DNA of 64,000 nucleotides. It comes from Candidatus Latescibacterota bacterium. Lineage in GTDB: Bacteria > Latescibacterota > UBA2968 > GCA-2709665. This document shows, in pieces, positions 34,719 through 43,095 of the stretch. The notes beneath the pieces were generated by a model. The model saw only the letters and a program-made list of their open reading frames with translations, had not been told where the DNA came from and made no database searches. The translations under genes and the position numbers were made by a program. The first letter of the stretch is position 1; the number at the start of each line of letters is the position of its first letter. The DNA lies in contig OZ244744.1 in the NCBI GenBank assembly GCA_965219455.1, positions 320,001 to 384,000 on the forward strand. The letters run 5' to 3'.

Positions 34719-35600
34719 CTATGCCGCGATCTGTTGCGCCCGTTTCCGGAAGAAACGCATCAGCGCGTCTATATAAGACACGTCTGTATGGATATGCACG
34801 CGGTCGATGCCAACGGAACGGAACAACTGCTCCCTCCGTTCCTCCAATTTGTCGTTCAACTGCCTGAACAGATACCGGAATTCCTGGTCGGACGTATCCA
34901 CGAGCATCTCCCGGCCCGTTTCCGCGTCTTCCACCTCTACGAGACCGACATCCGGCAATTCACGTTCCCGGGGATCCTGAAGCACAACCGCAATCAGATC
35001 GTGTCGCCGCCCGGATACCCGCAACGCAGCCTCATAGCCGGATGCCAGAAAGTCGGAAACCAGAAACACCACGCTCTTGCGTTTGTTGATCCGGTTGAGA
35101 TAGTCAAGCGCCGCGCCGATATCCGTACCACGCCGACTGGGCCTGAAGTACAACAATTCCCGTATCACGCGCAGCACGTGCCTCTTGCCCTTTTTCGGCG
35201 GTATAAACGCCTCCACATCGTCCGTGAAGATAATCAGGCCCACCCGATCGTTGTTCTGTATGGCCGAGAATGCCAGCAAGGCGCAAATCTCGACCCCGAT
35301 TTCGCCCTTCATCTGCGAGACCGTCCCGAAATCTCCGGACGCGCTTGCATCCACCATCAGCATGACCGTCAACTCGCGTTCTTCGTCGTACACCTTCACA
35401 AAGGGATGTCCCATCCGGGCGGTGACGTTCCAATCTATCGACCGGATATCGTCTCCCACCTGGTATTCACGCACCTCGGCAAACGCCATCCCCTGCCCTT
35501 TGAATACGGAATGGTACTCACCTGAAAACACCGTATCGACCAGGTGCCGCGTGCGCAGTTCGATGCGCCTGACTTTCTTGAGTATCTCGGCGGGAATCAT
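34719..35600 (-). CDS. DUF58 protein (MoxR partner)
   Basis: GEYHSVFKGQGMAFAEVREYQVGDDIRSIDWNVTAR, EEREL, DASAS, NNDRVGL. Confidence 0.93.
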   Translation of the reverse strand: MIPAEILKKVRRIELRTRHLVDTVFSGEYHSVFKGQGMAFAEVREYQVGDDIRSIDWNVTARMGHPFVKVYDEERELTVMLMVDASASGDFGTVSQMKGEIGVEICALLAFSAIQNNDRVGLIIFTDDVEAFIPPKKGKRHVLRVIRELLYFRPSRRGTDIGAALDYLNRINKRKSVVFLVSDFLASGYEAALRVSGRRHDLIAVVLQDPRERELPDVGLVEVEDAETGREMLVDTSDQEFRYLFRQLNDKLEERREQLFRSVGIDRVHIHTDVSYIDALMRFFRKRAQQIAA

Positions 35601-35604
35601 CGCG

Positions 35605-36600
35605 TCAGGGCACCTCGACGTGATCGAAAATCCGGCGGAGAATGTCCTCCGAATCGACCTCCTCGGCTTCCGCTTCGTAGGTTACAATCACCCGGTGGCG
35701 GAGAATGTCCTGGCCCATGGCCTTCACGTCTTCCGGCGTTACGTATCCCCTGTGCCGCAAAAACGCGTGAGCCTTTGCCGCGCGCGTCAGGAAAATGGAG
35801 CCGCGCGGCGAACATCCATATTCTATCAGTGCGTTGAGATCCTGAATGCCGAAGGCCGCCGGATCCCGGGTTGCCAGCATCAAATTCACGATGTAGTCCT
35901 TGATCTTGTCGTCGACGTACACCCGGTCGACAACCCCGCGCGCGCGTATGATATCCTCGGGGCGGACCACGGGGTTTGCAGCCGGCGGTTCCCCGCCCTC
36001 CATCCGGTCGATTATTTCCCGCTCCTCTTCCCTCCGCGGATAGGTGACGCGGACCTTCATCATAAAGCGGTCCACCTGAGCCTCGGGAAGAGGGTAGGTT
36101 CCCTCCTGCTCGATGGGATTCTGGGTGGCCAGAACCAGAAACGGATCGTCCATCGGGAAGGTCTGATGGCCGATGGTCACCTGGCGCTCCTGCATTGCCT
36201 CGAGCATGGCGCTCTGAACCTTGGCGGGTGCCCTGTTCACTTCGTCGGCGAGCACAAGTTGCGCGAAAACCGGACCCTTTTTGGGTATAAACTCGCCGGT
36301 CGCCTGGTTGTATATCATGGTGCCGATCAAATCCGCGGGCAACAGATCGGGCGTGAACTGAATTCGGCTGAACGAAGCCTGGATGGCGCGCGCCAACGTG
36401 GTGACGGTTAACGTCTTTGCCAGACCGGGAACGCCCTCCAGCAACACGTGGCCGTTGCACAACAGCCCGATCAGCAGCCGTTCCACCATGGGCTGCTGGC
36501 CCACAATCACCCGGCCCACCTCGCCCGTCAGGCGCTGGACAAACGCGCTCTCCCGTTCCACTTCATCGTTCAGTTGCTGGATATCGGCTGCGATCATCAT
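35605..36600 (-). CDS. moxR: MoxR-family AAA+ ATPase
   Basis: GHVLLEGVPGLAKT, RIQFTPDLLPADLIG, ADEVNRAPAKVQSA, ATQNPIEQEGTYPLPEAQVDRF. Confidence 0.96.
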   Translation of the reverse strand: MMIAADIQQLNDEVERESAFVQRLTGEVGRVIVGQQPMVERLLIGLLCNGHVLLEGVPGLAKTLTVTTLARAIQASFSRIQFTPDLLPADLIGTMIYNQATGEFIPKKGPVFAQLVLADEVNRAPAKVQSAMLEAMQERQVTIGHQTFPMDDPFLVLATQNPIEQEGTYPLPEAQVDRFMMKVRVTYPRREEEREIIDRMEGGEPPAANPVVRPEDIIRARGVVDRVYVDDKIKDYIVNLMLATRDPAAFGIQDLNALIEYGCSPRGSIFLTRAAKAHAFLRHRGYVTPEDVKAMGQDILRHRVIVTYEAEAEEVDSEDILRRIFDHVEVP

Positions 36601-36775
36601 CGTTGAATCCTGAAATAGAAGACCGGACGGTTTCCGTTTACACCGATACCGCCCGGCTGTGTTCCCCTGAATGAAAAACGAGAAAACATGGCCTCACGAA
36701 CCGTCTGACAGCCGGAAACGGCGAGAGAAGTCGAAACGGGGCGCGGCAGCATGGATCTCATTCCGGACCTGACAG

Positions 36776-36944
36776 CTAGTGTCCTGTCCCAAAAATTCCT
36801 CACCATTCGTCCGGCGATTCATCCCGTCTCGCTACGTTCCCCTCGCTCGCCGACCTTACGCAGGTCGCCTGCGCTCTGGCGCCTTGCGAGCCGGGCGACT
36901 CGGCGGTCGAATTTAGGCAACTTATTTCCGGGACAGAACACTAG
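36776..36944. mobile_element. IS630-like MITE, long variant (169 bp including both CTAG)
   Basis: Terminal inverted repeats CTAGTGTCCTGTCCC / GGGACAGAACACTAG; homologous to 51524-51621; no transposase. Confidence 0.8.
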
Positions 36945-36961
36945 TCACGCCCGCTCCCGAT

Positions 36962-37453
36962 TCAGTTTACCCTTGTGGTTGAGGTCGAATCGACGGGAAA
37001 CCACGCTTCGGGCGGCTTCCCGAGATTCCTGATCGAAATGGCGGCATCATCGTTTAATTCCGAATCCGGGAACATATCGATGACTTTCTGATAAGCTTCA
37101 CGTGCGCGTTGGTATTTCCCCTGGAGATCGTAGGCGTACCCAACCATGAACTGGGCCTGGTCCGCGTATCGGCTCTCCGGGAAACGCCGAACCAGTGTCT
37201 CATAAAACCCGATCGCCTCGTCAAATTTGTGTCGATTCAGCAGCACGCGGGCCAGCGCATGCAGGACCAGATCCGCCCTCGGGTCATCCGAATAAAAATC
37301 CAGGAATTTCTTGAGATGCGCCTGTGCCTCCGGATAGGTCGCCTCCTTGTGAGTTGCCGCCTCCCCTTTTGCAAAAAGCTCGTCCGCGGACTCGCGGGAG
37401 CACCCAAATGCAAGCGTCGCCGCTATTCCGAGAACCCATGTCCACCTGATCAT
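36962..37453 (-). CDS. TPR lipoprotein (BamD/YbgF-like repeats)
   Basis: Lipobox LAFGC; RRFPESRYADQAQFMVG and DMFPDS TPR motifs; ATG 37453 with AAGGAG. Confidence 0.75.
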   Translation of the reverse strand: MIRWTWVLGIAATLAFGCSRESADELFAKGEAATHKEATYPEAQAHLKKFLDFYSDDPRADLVLHALARVLLNRHKFDEAIGFYETLVRRFPESRYADQAQFMVGYAYDLQGKYQRAREAYQKVIDMFPDSELNDDAAISIRNLGKPPEAWFPVDSTSTTRVN

Positions 37454-37728
37454 TCTGGATTTCCGCTCCTTCCTAATAAAAAAACACTTTAACCGAATTC
37501 CGGTTCCGGAATTTTCAACGCACAGCTCGCAGGCGTCGCGCCCGTTCCGACCCGGCACCGGCAAGACGCGCTTGAACGCGTCGCGTTACCGGCCGTCACC
37601 CCAAACCCGTCGACTCCTGAAGGAAGCGTCCAGGCAATGACATGGACGCTTCCGTCCTCCGCAACATCGGAGGCAGATATCTATATCTTCTTTATTTTAT
37701 TGAGGATAATTCGAAGCAAGGGCGGAAC

Positions 37729-37760
37729 GCAAATCTACAGATTTGCTCGCCGGGAGTCAA
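37729..37760 (-). promoter_or_regulatory. Sigma70-type promoter with operator-like palindrome over the -10
   Basis: TTGACT(37760-37755)-17-TAGATT(37737-37732); GCAAATCT-AC-AGATTTGC at 37729-37746. Confidence 0.6.
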
Positions 37761-37772
37761 GCGTTTTTTGTC

Positions 37773-38873
37773 CTACGGTTCGCAAGCGGCATCTGTAGCA
37801 AAGGGCGCGCCCTTATCGGGCACATCCACCACGTAAATCTGGCTGCTGCCGGTTCGATCCGAGGTAAAGATGACCCGCTTCCCGTCGGGACTGAACGAGG
37901 GGTGTGGGTGGGACCACTGGGGTCCGTAAGTTTCAGGAACGGTCTTGTCGTCATCCGCGGGGACCGTGTCCGCCCACTGCGAACCCCCATTGGAACTGCC
38001 TGGAAAGCACAGCGTCTGGTGTTCCCCGGTCTTCGGATCGATAAGTTGCAACCCTATATCCGGACAGGTGGTGTCGCATACAATGAGGGATCCATCCGGA
38101 CGTGGCGAAGGATGCCAGACATTGAACGCGGCAATGGTCCGATCTTCGTCCTCCCCCGCCCTGATTGCCCGCAGGGCACAGGGCCAGTGTACGAACATCA
38201 CTTCATCGGAGCGGCCCAGAAACGTCTCGTGGGTAATCCATACCGACCTGTCGTGTTCAAACAGTGCGCGTTCGCCGCTTCCGTCAATCCTCACCTCCCA
38301 CATACGCTGATTCACGTCGCTCGAATACAGCATCAGGTCCGGATCGACCGGGCAGACCTGAACGTGGCCGACGGCGCGGGGCGGTTCACGCACCACGCGG
38401 TATCCGGACCCGTCTGTCTCCACGGCAACCACCGCCGAATATCCGTTTCGCTGCAATGAAGTCACCATGCGCGCACCATCCGCCGAGAGACTGCACCCGC
38501 CCGCGCTACCCCTACCGAAATCAGCGAGAACCGATTCCTTCAGTGTGTCCAAGTCCACGGCGCGTACCCTTCCGGCGGCATTGTAAAATACCCTGTTTCC
38601 GTCGCGTGCCGGGCAGGCGGCGAAGCCCCCGAACCCTTCCGTATCGGTCAACTGCGTTATCGCGCCACTGGCCTCGTCCATTTTGAAGAGGTTGGGTCGT
38701 CCGGAGCGATACGAGGTAAACACGATGGTTTTTCCGTCGGGCGTCCACGAGGGGTTCGAAAAGTACAGATTGTGATTGATCGCGGGATGATCCGTGATCT
38801 GACGGATGGATGCACCCGTTTTTTCGTCCGTCAGGGTTCTTGCCTCGGGAGGGAATGTGCGACCCTTACCCAT
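37773..38873 (-). CDS. Oligogalacturonate-lyase-like beta-propeller protein
   Basis: MGKGRTFPPE..TDEKTGASIRQIT, LYFSNPSWTPDG, HVQ, THETF, HPHPSFSPDG; ATG 38873 with GGAGGT. Confidence 0.75.
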   Translation of the reverse strand: MGKGRTFPPEARTLTDEKTGASIRQITDHPAINHNLYFSNPSWTPDGKTIVFTSYRSGRPNLFKMDEASGAITQLTDTEGFGGFAACPARDGNRVFYNAAGRVRAVDLDTLKESVLADFGRGSAGGCSLSADGARMVTSLQRNGYSAVVAVETDGSGYRVVREPPRAVGHVQVCPVDPDLMLYSSDVNQRMWEVRIDGSGERALFEHDRSVWITHETFLGRSDEVMFVHWPCALRAIRAGEDEDRTIAAFNVWHPSPRPDGSLIVCDTTCPDIGLQLIDPKTGEHQTLCFPGSSNGGSQWADTVPADDDKTVPETYGPQWSHPHPSFSPDGKRVIFTSDRTGSSQIYVVDVPDKGAPFATDAACEP

Positions 38874-38912
38874 TCTCGACACCTCCGGGACTCGGAGTTT
38901 CATGGAAATCAA

Positions 38913-40112
38913 CTACCTCTTCGGAAAGAATACATCCACGCAAGCTTCCACGTCGAACGGATCGCACGCGTAATTCCGCACGAATTGTTCAAGAAGTCTC
39001 GTTTCTCTCGCCGTGGGTTCCTTCAACGGCAAGTCCACCGGTTTCCGACCCAGCCGCCCGGACTCCGCCACCGCCAATTCGATCTCGATGTCCTTCCGAG
39101 CCCGCCTCCCGTCATATCGGGTTGGCAGGTCGTCCAGAACCGCTCGTGCGACGCTGTCCATTTCTTCCACGATCGCCAACCCGCCCGGAGGCGTCCGGTA
39201 CTGAGGCCACGGATTCTCCCACACCAGCGGTGGGTCGGTCTCCACCACCATCCGGTCGAGCACCTGCATCCCATTCATTTCGCGCGTTTCCGTCCTGATC
39301 GGGCAGACGGTGGCGCGGCCACCATTCAGGCGCTGCGCTTCCGTGGTCGTATGCAACTCATCCTCCACGATCGTCCCCGTGGTACCGTCCACCTGAAACA
39401 ACGTTTTGCTCTTGCGCCCGAGCGCCCGTCCGTGATACATGGATGAATAGGACATCACGGCCAATGCCCCGTTCTCGAACTCGACCAGATCCATCGTCCA
39501 GTTTTCGGTTTCATACTGCCGGATTTCGCTGATATTTACCCTGGGAATCGGCGAATTCATCGTCAGGCCGGTGACCCGCACGGCCTCGGAATCGCACGCC
39601 ATCGCCCGTACATTGCTCACGATGTGATAGCCGCCCGTCTGAAAAAGGGAGAATACTCTCAGTACATCCCCGATGTATCCCGCCTCGATCGCTCGCCGCT
39701 TCATCAGATGTATAGGTTCCCGGCAAAACTGCTCCGCTACCTCCAGCTTCACCCCGCCTCGCTCGGCGGCTCCGATCAGGACGTCGGCGGTCTGCAACGT
39801 CGGAGAAATCGGGGTCTCCACGATGAGATTCACGCCTCGCTCGGCCAGGTACGCGCCGATGACGTGGTGTGAGTCGCCCGGCGTACTCACGGCCGCGATG
39901 TCCAGGTCTTCATTCGCCGCCAGATCCTGAACACGCGAATAAGCAGGGACCCCATATTCCGCGCCGACTGCGCGCGCTTTACCCGCATCCACGTCGCAAA
40001 CGGCGGCCAATTCGAAGACGTCCGACATCATCCGGATCAGGGGCAGCCGTACGCCCAGCCCGCGGCTGCCGCAGCCCACCTGCGCGATTCTCAATTTGCG
40101 TTCTCCGGCCAT
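38913..40112 (-). CDS. Gfo/Idh/MocA-family oxidoreductase
   Basis: RIAQVGCGSRG Rossmann motif, AAVCD, STPGDSH, VETP variant of EKP. Confidence 0.85.
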   Translation of the reverse strand: MAGERKLRIAQVGCGSRGLGVRLPLIRMMSDVFELAAVCDVDAGKARAVGAEYGVPAYSRVQDLAANEDLDIAAVSTPGDSHHVIGAYLAERGVNLIVETPISPTLQTADVLIGAAERGGVKLEVAEQFCREPIHLMKRRAIEAGYIGDVLRVFSLFQTGGYHIVSNVRAMACDSEAVRVTGLTMNSPIPRVNISEIRQYETENWTMDLVEFENGALAVMSYSSMYHGRALGRKSKTLFQVDGTTGTIVEDELHTTTEAQRLNGGRATVCPIRTETREMNGMQVLDRMVVETDPPLVWENPWPQYRTPPGGLAIVEEMDSVARAVLDDLPTRYDGRRARKDIEIELAVAESGRLGRKPVDLPLKEPTARETRLLEQFVRNYACDPFDVEACVDVFFPKR

Positions 40113-40223
40113 TGCGACAACCCCTCATCGATAAGAAATGACAAGTGAGATACGAATCGAAGTATGTTTGCAATTTCGATGCCGCCAAACCCGCCTGATG
40201 GTATCCGAAAGACGCGATCCAAT

Positions 40224-40397
40224 TCAGATACCGAATAGACCCATCCACCGACGTGGGCGCCTCACACGCCTCTCTAAAAACGTCTCCAATCGGTCACGTT
40301 TCAGGACGATTTGGTCGGAAACGCTGGCGGTATCATCCAGGATCCAGTCCGGTATATCGCTCTTCATGCGACAGAAGTGCGATGGGCGATCATTCAC
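40224..40397 (-). CDS. Possible small hypothetical protein or gene remnant (57 aa)
   Basis: GTG with GGAGG 4 nt upstream, co-oriented with neighbours; no recognised domain. Confidence 0.3.
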   Translation of the reverse strand: MNDRPSHFCRMKSDIPDWILDDTASVSDQIVLKRDRLETFLERRVRRPRRWMGLFGI

Positions 40398-40449
40398 ACA
40401 GCCTCCGTCGTTATCCGATGCTTCCACCCTTGAGTACACCCTGCTGCTC

Positions 40450-42045
40450 CTATCGATCCACAAGCACACTCTCCACGTCGAACGCCGCGACGTTGCGGCT
40501 CTCCCGGCTGAACTCTACCGCGATCAGGTGGATGGGCTCTGCCCGGTCGCGGTACTTGTCGGCGTAATGCCGCGCTTTCAATTGCGCCATCGCAGCACCC
40601 TCGGGGGCCAACTCCACCACTTTGAATTCGAACAGGTACACGTTGTCGTTGAATAGCACCGCCATGTCCAAACAGCCGTGGCTGCTGCTGTCTTCTACCG
40701 TAATGTCAAGCCCGAGTGCCGCGAAATAGGAATAAAAAACGCTCGCGTAGTAGCCCTCGTAGCTGGCGATGTCGTTGTTTGTGTACCACTCGTAGGGAAT
40801 ACTGGCGAAGAATGCGTGGAACAGCGTCTTGAGCCCCTCAAAGTCGTTCGCCTCCAGCAGCCGGTACAAGCGGACGCTGTTCGCCATCTGGCGCGACGGG
40901 TTCTTGACGAGGAAGCGAAGGAGGCTTCGGTTAAGGCTCTGGCGCACCTCCCGGTTGGGGTAACCCAGCAGGTAAAGGGGCTCGCCACCCAGGTTCTCCT
41001 CATCGGTTACGGTCAGGTAGCCAGTCTGGAACAACAGGGCCTCGGTCGCAATGTCATCCACATCGAAGGCCGATAGCAAGTCGTTACTGCCCACCATCTT
41101 GTCGAGTTCCAGGGAACTGACACGGTGCTTGAACAGGGTCTCGATCAGGAATGTCGGCGTGCCGGTCTCAAACCAATAGGCGTCGAATCGGCGCTTGTCG
41201 AAGAGCAGGAGGATATCGAAAGGATTATAGACCTTCTCGTCACCCAGCCAACTATATCCATTGTACCATTCGCGGACCTTGTCCCGTTCCAGCCCAGGCA
41301 GTTCCGGCGCGAACACGGTGTCCAGGTCTGACTCGGTATAGCCGCATACGGCCGAATAGCGGGCATCCAGGGTGATGTCCCTGAGGTTATTCAGGCCAGA
41401 GAACAGGCTTACTTTTGAGAACTTGCTGACGCCGGTAAGGAAGGTGAACTTGACGTGCGCCTCGCTGTCCTTGATTGACGCGTACAGGCCGCGCAGGTAG
41501 TCGCGGTTGGCGCGTGCGACCTCCGGCACCTCGAGCGCATCCAGAATCGGCTTGTCGTATTCATCGACCAAAATGGCCACAGGATGTCCGGCACGATTGT
41601 GCAGCACCTCGACCAGATGCTTGAACCGTTCCGGGCCCGTGGAGTACACCCCTACGAGGCCCGCTCGACGTTCGACAGCGTCCAACTGCGCCATGAGATT
41701 CGTATGCAGGTAGCCCGGCTCCTTGAAATTGCCACTGCCAAAGCTCAGCCGCACGACCGGATAGGTAACAGACCAATCCCAATGGCCGTGGATGTCGAGT
41801 CCTTCGAACAGCACCTCGTTCGCCTCAAACAGTTCCTTTAAGGTGTCGAGAAAGAGGCTCTTTCCAAAGCGACGGGGTCGCGACAGAAAATAATGAGTGC
41901 CTTCGTCCACCATTCGCCGCATGTAAGCGGTTTTGTCGACATAATAGCAGTTCCCCTCCCGAATTTTGCGAAAGGTCTGAATGCCAATGGGCAGCTTGCG
42001 TCTGCCTGCCCGCTCCTCGAGTATGTTCGGACTCGGGTTGTTCAC
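40450..42045 (-). CDS. AAA-ATPase-like protein with C-terminal PD-(D/E)XK nuclease domain
   Basis: LPIGIQTF, YVDKT, SRPRRFGKS, VDEYDKP, TGVSKFSK, WYNGY, YWFETGTP, GCLDM...FEFK. Confidence 0.9.
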   Translation of the reverse strand: MNNPSPNILEERAGRRKLPIGIQTFRKIREGNCYYVDKTAYMRRMVDEGTHYFLSRPRRFGKSLFLDTLKELFEANEVLFEGLDIHGHWDWSVTYPVVRLSFGSGNFKEPGYLHTNLMAQLDAVERRAGLVGVYSTGPERFKHLVEVLHNRAGHPVAILVDEYDKPILDALEVPEVARANRDYLRGLYASIKDSEAHVKFTFLTGVSKFSKVSLFSGLNNLRDITLDARYSAVCGYTESDLDTVFAPELPGLERDKVREWYNGYSWLGDEKVYNPFDILLLFDKRRFDAYWFETGTPTFLIETLFKHRVSSLELDKMVGSNDLLSAFDVDDIATEALLFQTGYLTVTDEENLGGEPLYLLGYPNREVRQSLNRSLLRFLVKNPSRQMANSVRLYRLLEANDFEGLKTLFHAFFASIPYEWYTNNDIASYEGYYASVFYSYFAALGLDITVEDSSSHGCLDMAVLFNDNVYLFEFKVVELAPEGAAMAQLKARHYADKYRDRAEPIHLIAVEFSRESRNVAAFDVESVLVDR

Positions 42046-42160
42046 AATTTTACCTGGTTATTTCAGTCGGATTAAAATGGATGTTGAATGGTCGCGCTCC
42101 ACCTCTGTCACGGACGATTCAATTCTTGTTAGACGTTTCGGTCTCTATTTTCATCCCTTT

Positions 42161-42520
42161 TTAGTGTCCCGAGGACGTTGCTGACTGAATCACAATAACC
42201 TTCTTGGCGCTCCCGCTCTCCGGCCAATCGATATGAATACTCACGTCGCAGTTTAAACGCTCAAGGAACCGCATCAGGCGTTCGACGCTGTAATAGGAGA
42301 ACCTGCCGCTCTTGAGCCTGGAGATCTCCGGTTGCCTTACTCCCATAATCCTCGCGGCTTCTGTCTGAGTCAGCTTTGGATGTTCGAGAATACGGAAGAT
42401 CTCCGCACCAAGTTCGGCTTTGAGCAATTCCTCTTTTGTCTCCTCGTGGTTGAATCCCAGGTCTGTAAAGACGTTGCCGCTACCCTCTTCGACCTTAATG
42501 TCCTCGTCCACGGTCTTCAC
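42161..42520 (-). CDS. XRE/HTH protein (HigA-like antitoxin type)
   Basis: EGSGNVFTDLGF, LTQTEAARIMGVRQPEISRL, SVERLMRFL; GGAGG RBS. Confidence 0.85.
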   Translation of the reverse strand: MKTVDEDIKVEEGSGNVFTDLGFNHEETKEELLKAELGAEIFRILEHPKLTQTEAARIMGVRQPEISRLKSGRFSYYSVERLMRFLERLNCDVSIHIDWPESGSAKKVIVIQSATSSGH

Positions 42521-42545
42521 CCTCCTGTTTCGCCACCCCTTTTGC

Positions 42546-43021
42546 TTACTTCAACAAAATCGCAGGCAACCGTTTCAATTCCTGGTTGCGCGGATCCACC
42601 TCGAAGCCGCCGGACTCCAGAGCCGTTACGCCAAGAAGCGGTTCTGCACCTTCCTCGCAATATACGATGGTGCCGCCCACGACCTCTCCTTCGAATTCCA
42701 GGTCGGCCGTCGTGATCTCCAGGTTGATCCTGGTCCCGTCTGCAAGGGTGTACTCCCGGCGACCCTTCGGCTTAAGTCCGATGGCTTCCAACCGAGCCCT
42801 TGGCACGAGCGAGTCAAACGCGCCAGTGTCCACCAGGAATTCGCCGGTCCAGCTTTGCTGAAGATCTGCCGGATTTCGGATCGTTACGTCAACATAGGAG
42901 CCTGCGCTCCAGAACTGATTTGAGCACCGCACTATACTATATATAGTGTCCTCAGATATCTTCTTTAACTATATATAGTATAGTGAGTTTTCTGCGGCGC
43001 AGACTCATAGGTCGCGCCCAT
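42546..43021 (-). pseudogene. Clan AA (retropepsin-like) aspartic protease interrupted by a MITE
   Basis: AAGGAG + ATG 43021 (MGATY). Removing 42898-43006 and one ATAG copy restores MGATYVDVTIRNPAD...LVDTGA...LLGVTALES (120 aa). Confidence 0.85.
42898..43006. mobile_element. 109-bp MITE with 4-bp target duplication
   Basis: ATAG duplicated at 42894-42897 and 43007-43010; imperfect TIRs GAGCCTGCGCTCCAGAA / GAGTCTGCGCCGCAGAA; internal perfect 18-bp inverted repeat. Confidence 0.85.
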
Positions 43022-43095
43022 AATGTATCTCCTTTCGGCTGGTCCAGCACCATGTTTAATATCGCCGAAAAGGACTCTGCAAACAACGTGCCAAT

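Noticed and set aside
42046-42160. attC-like half site GTCTAACAAG (minus strand) downstream of the HTH gene, suggesting integron cassettes
   Set aside because: No matching GTTRRRY partner at a suitable distance, no repeated attC sites around the other small genes, and no integrase in the window.
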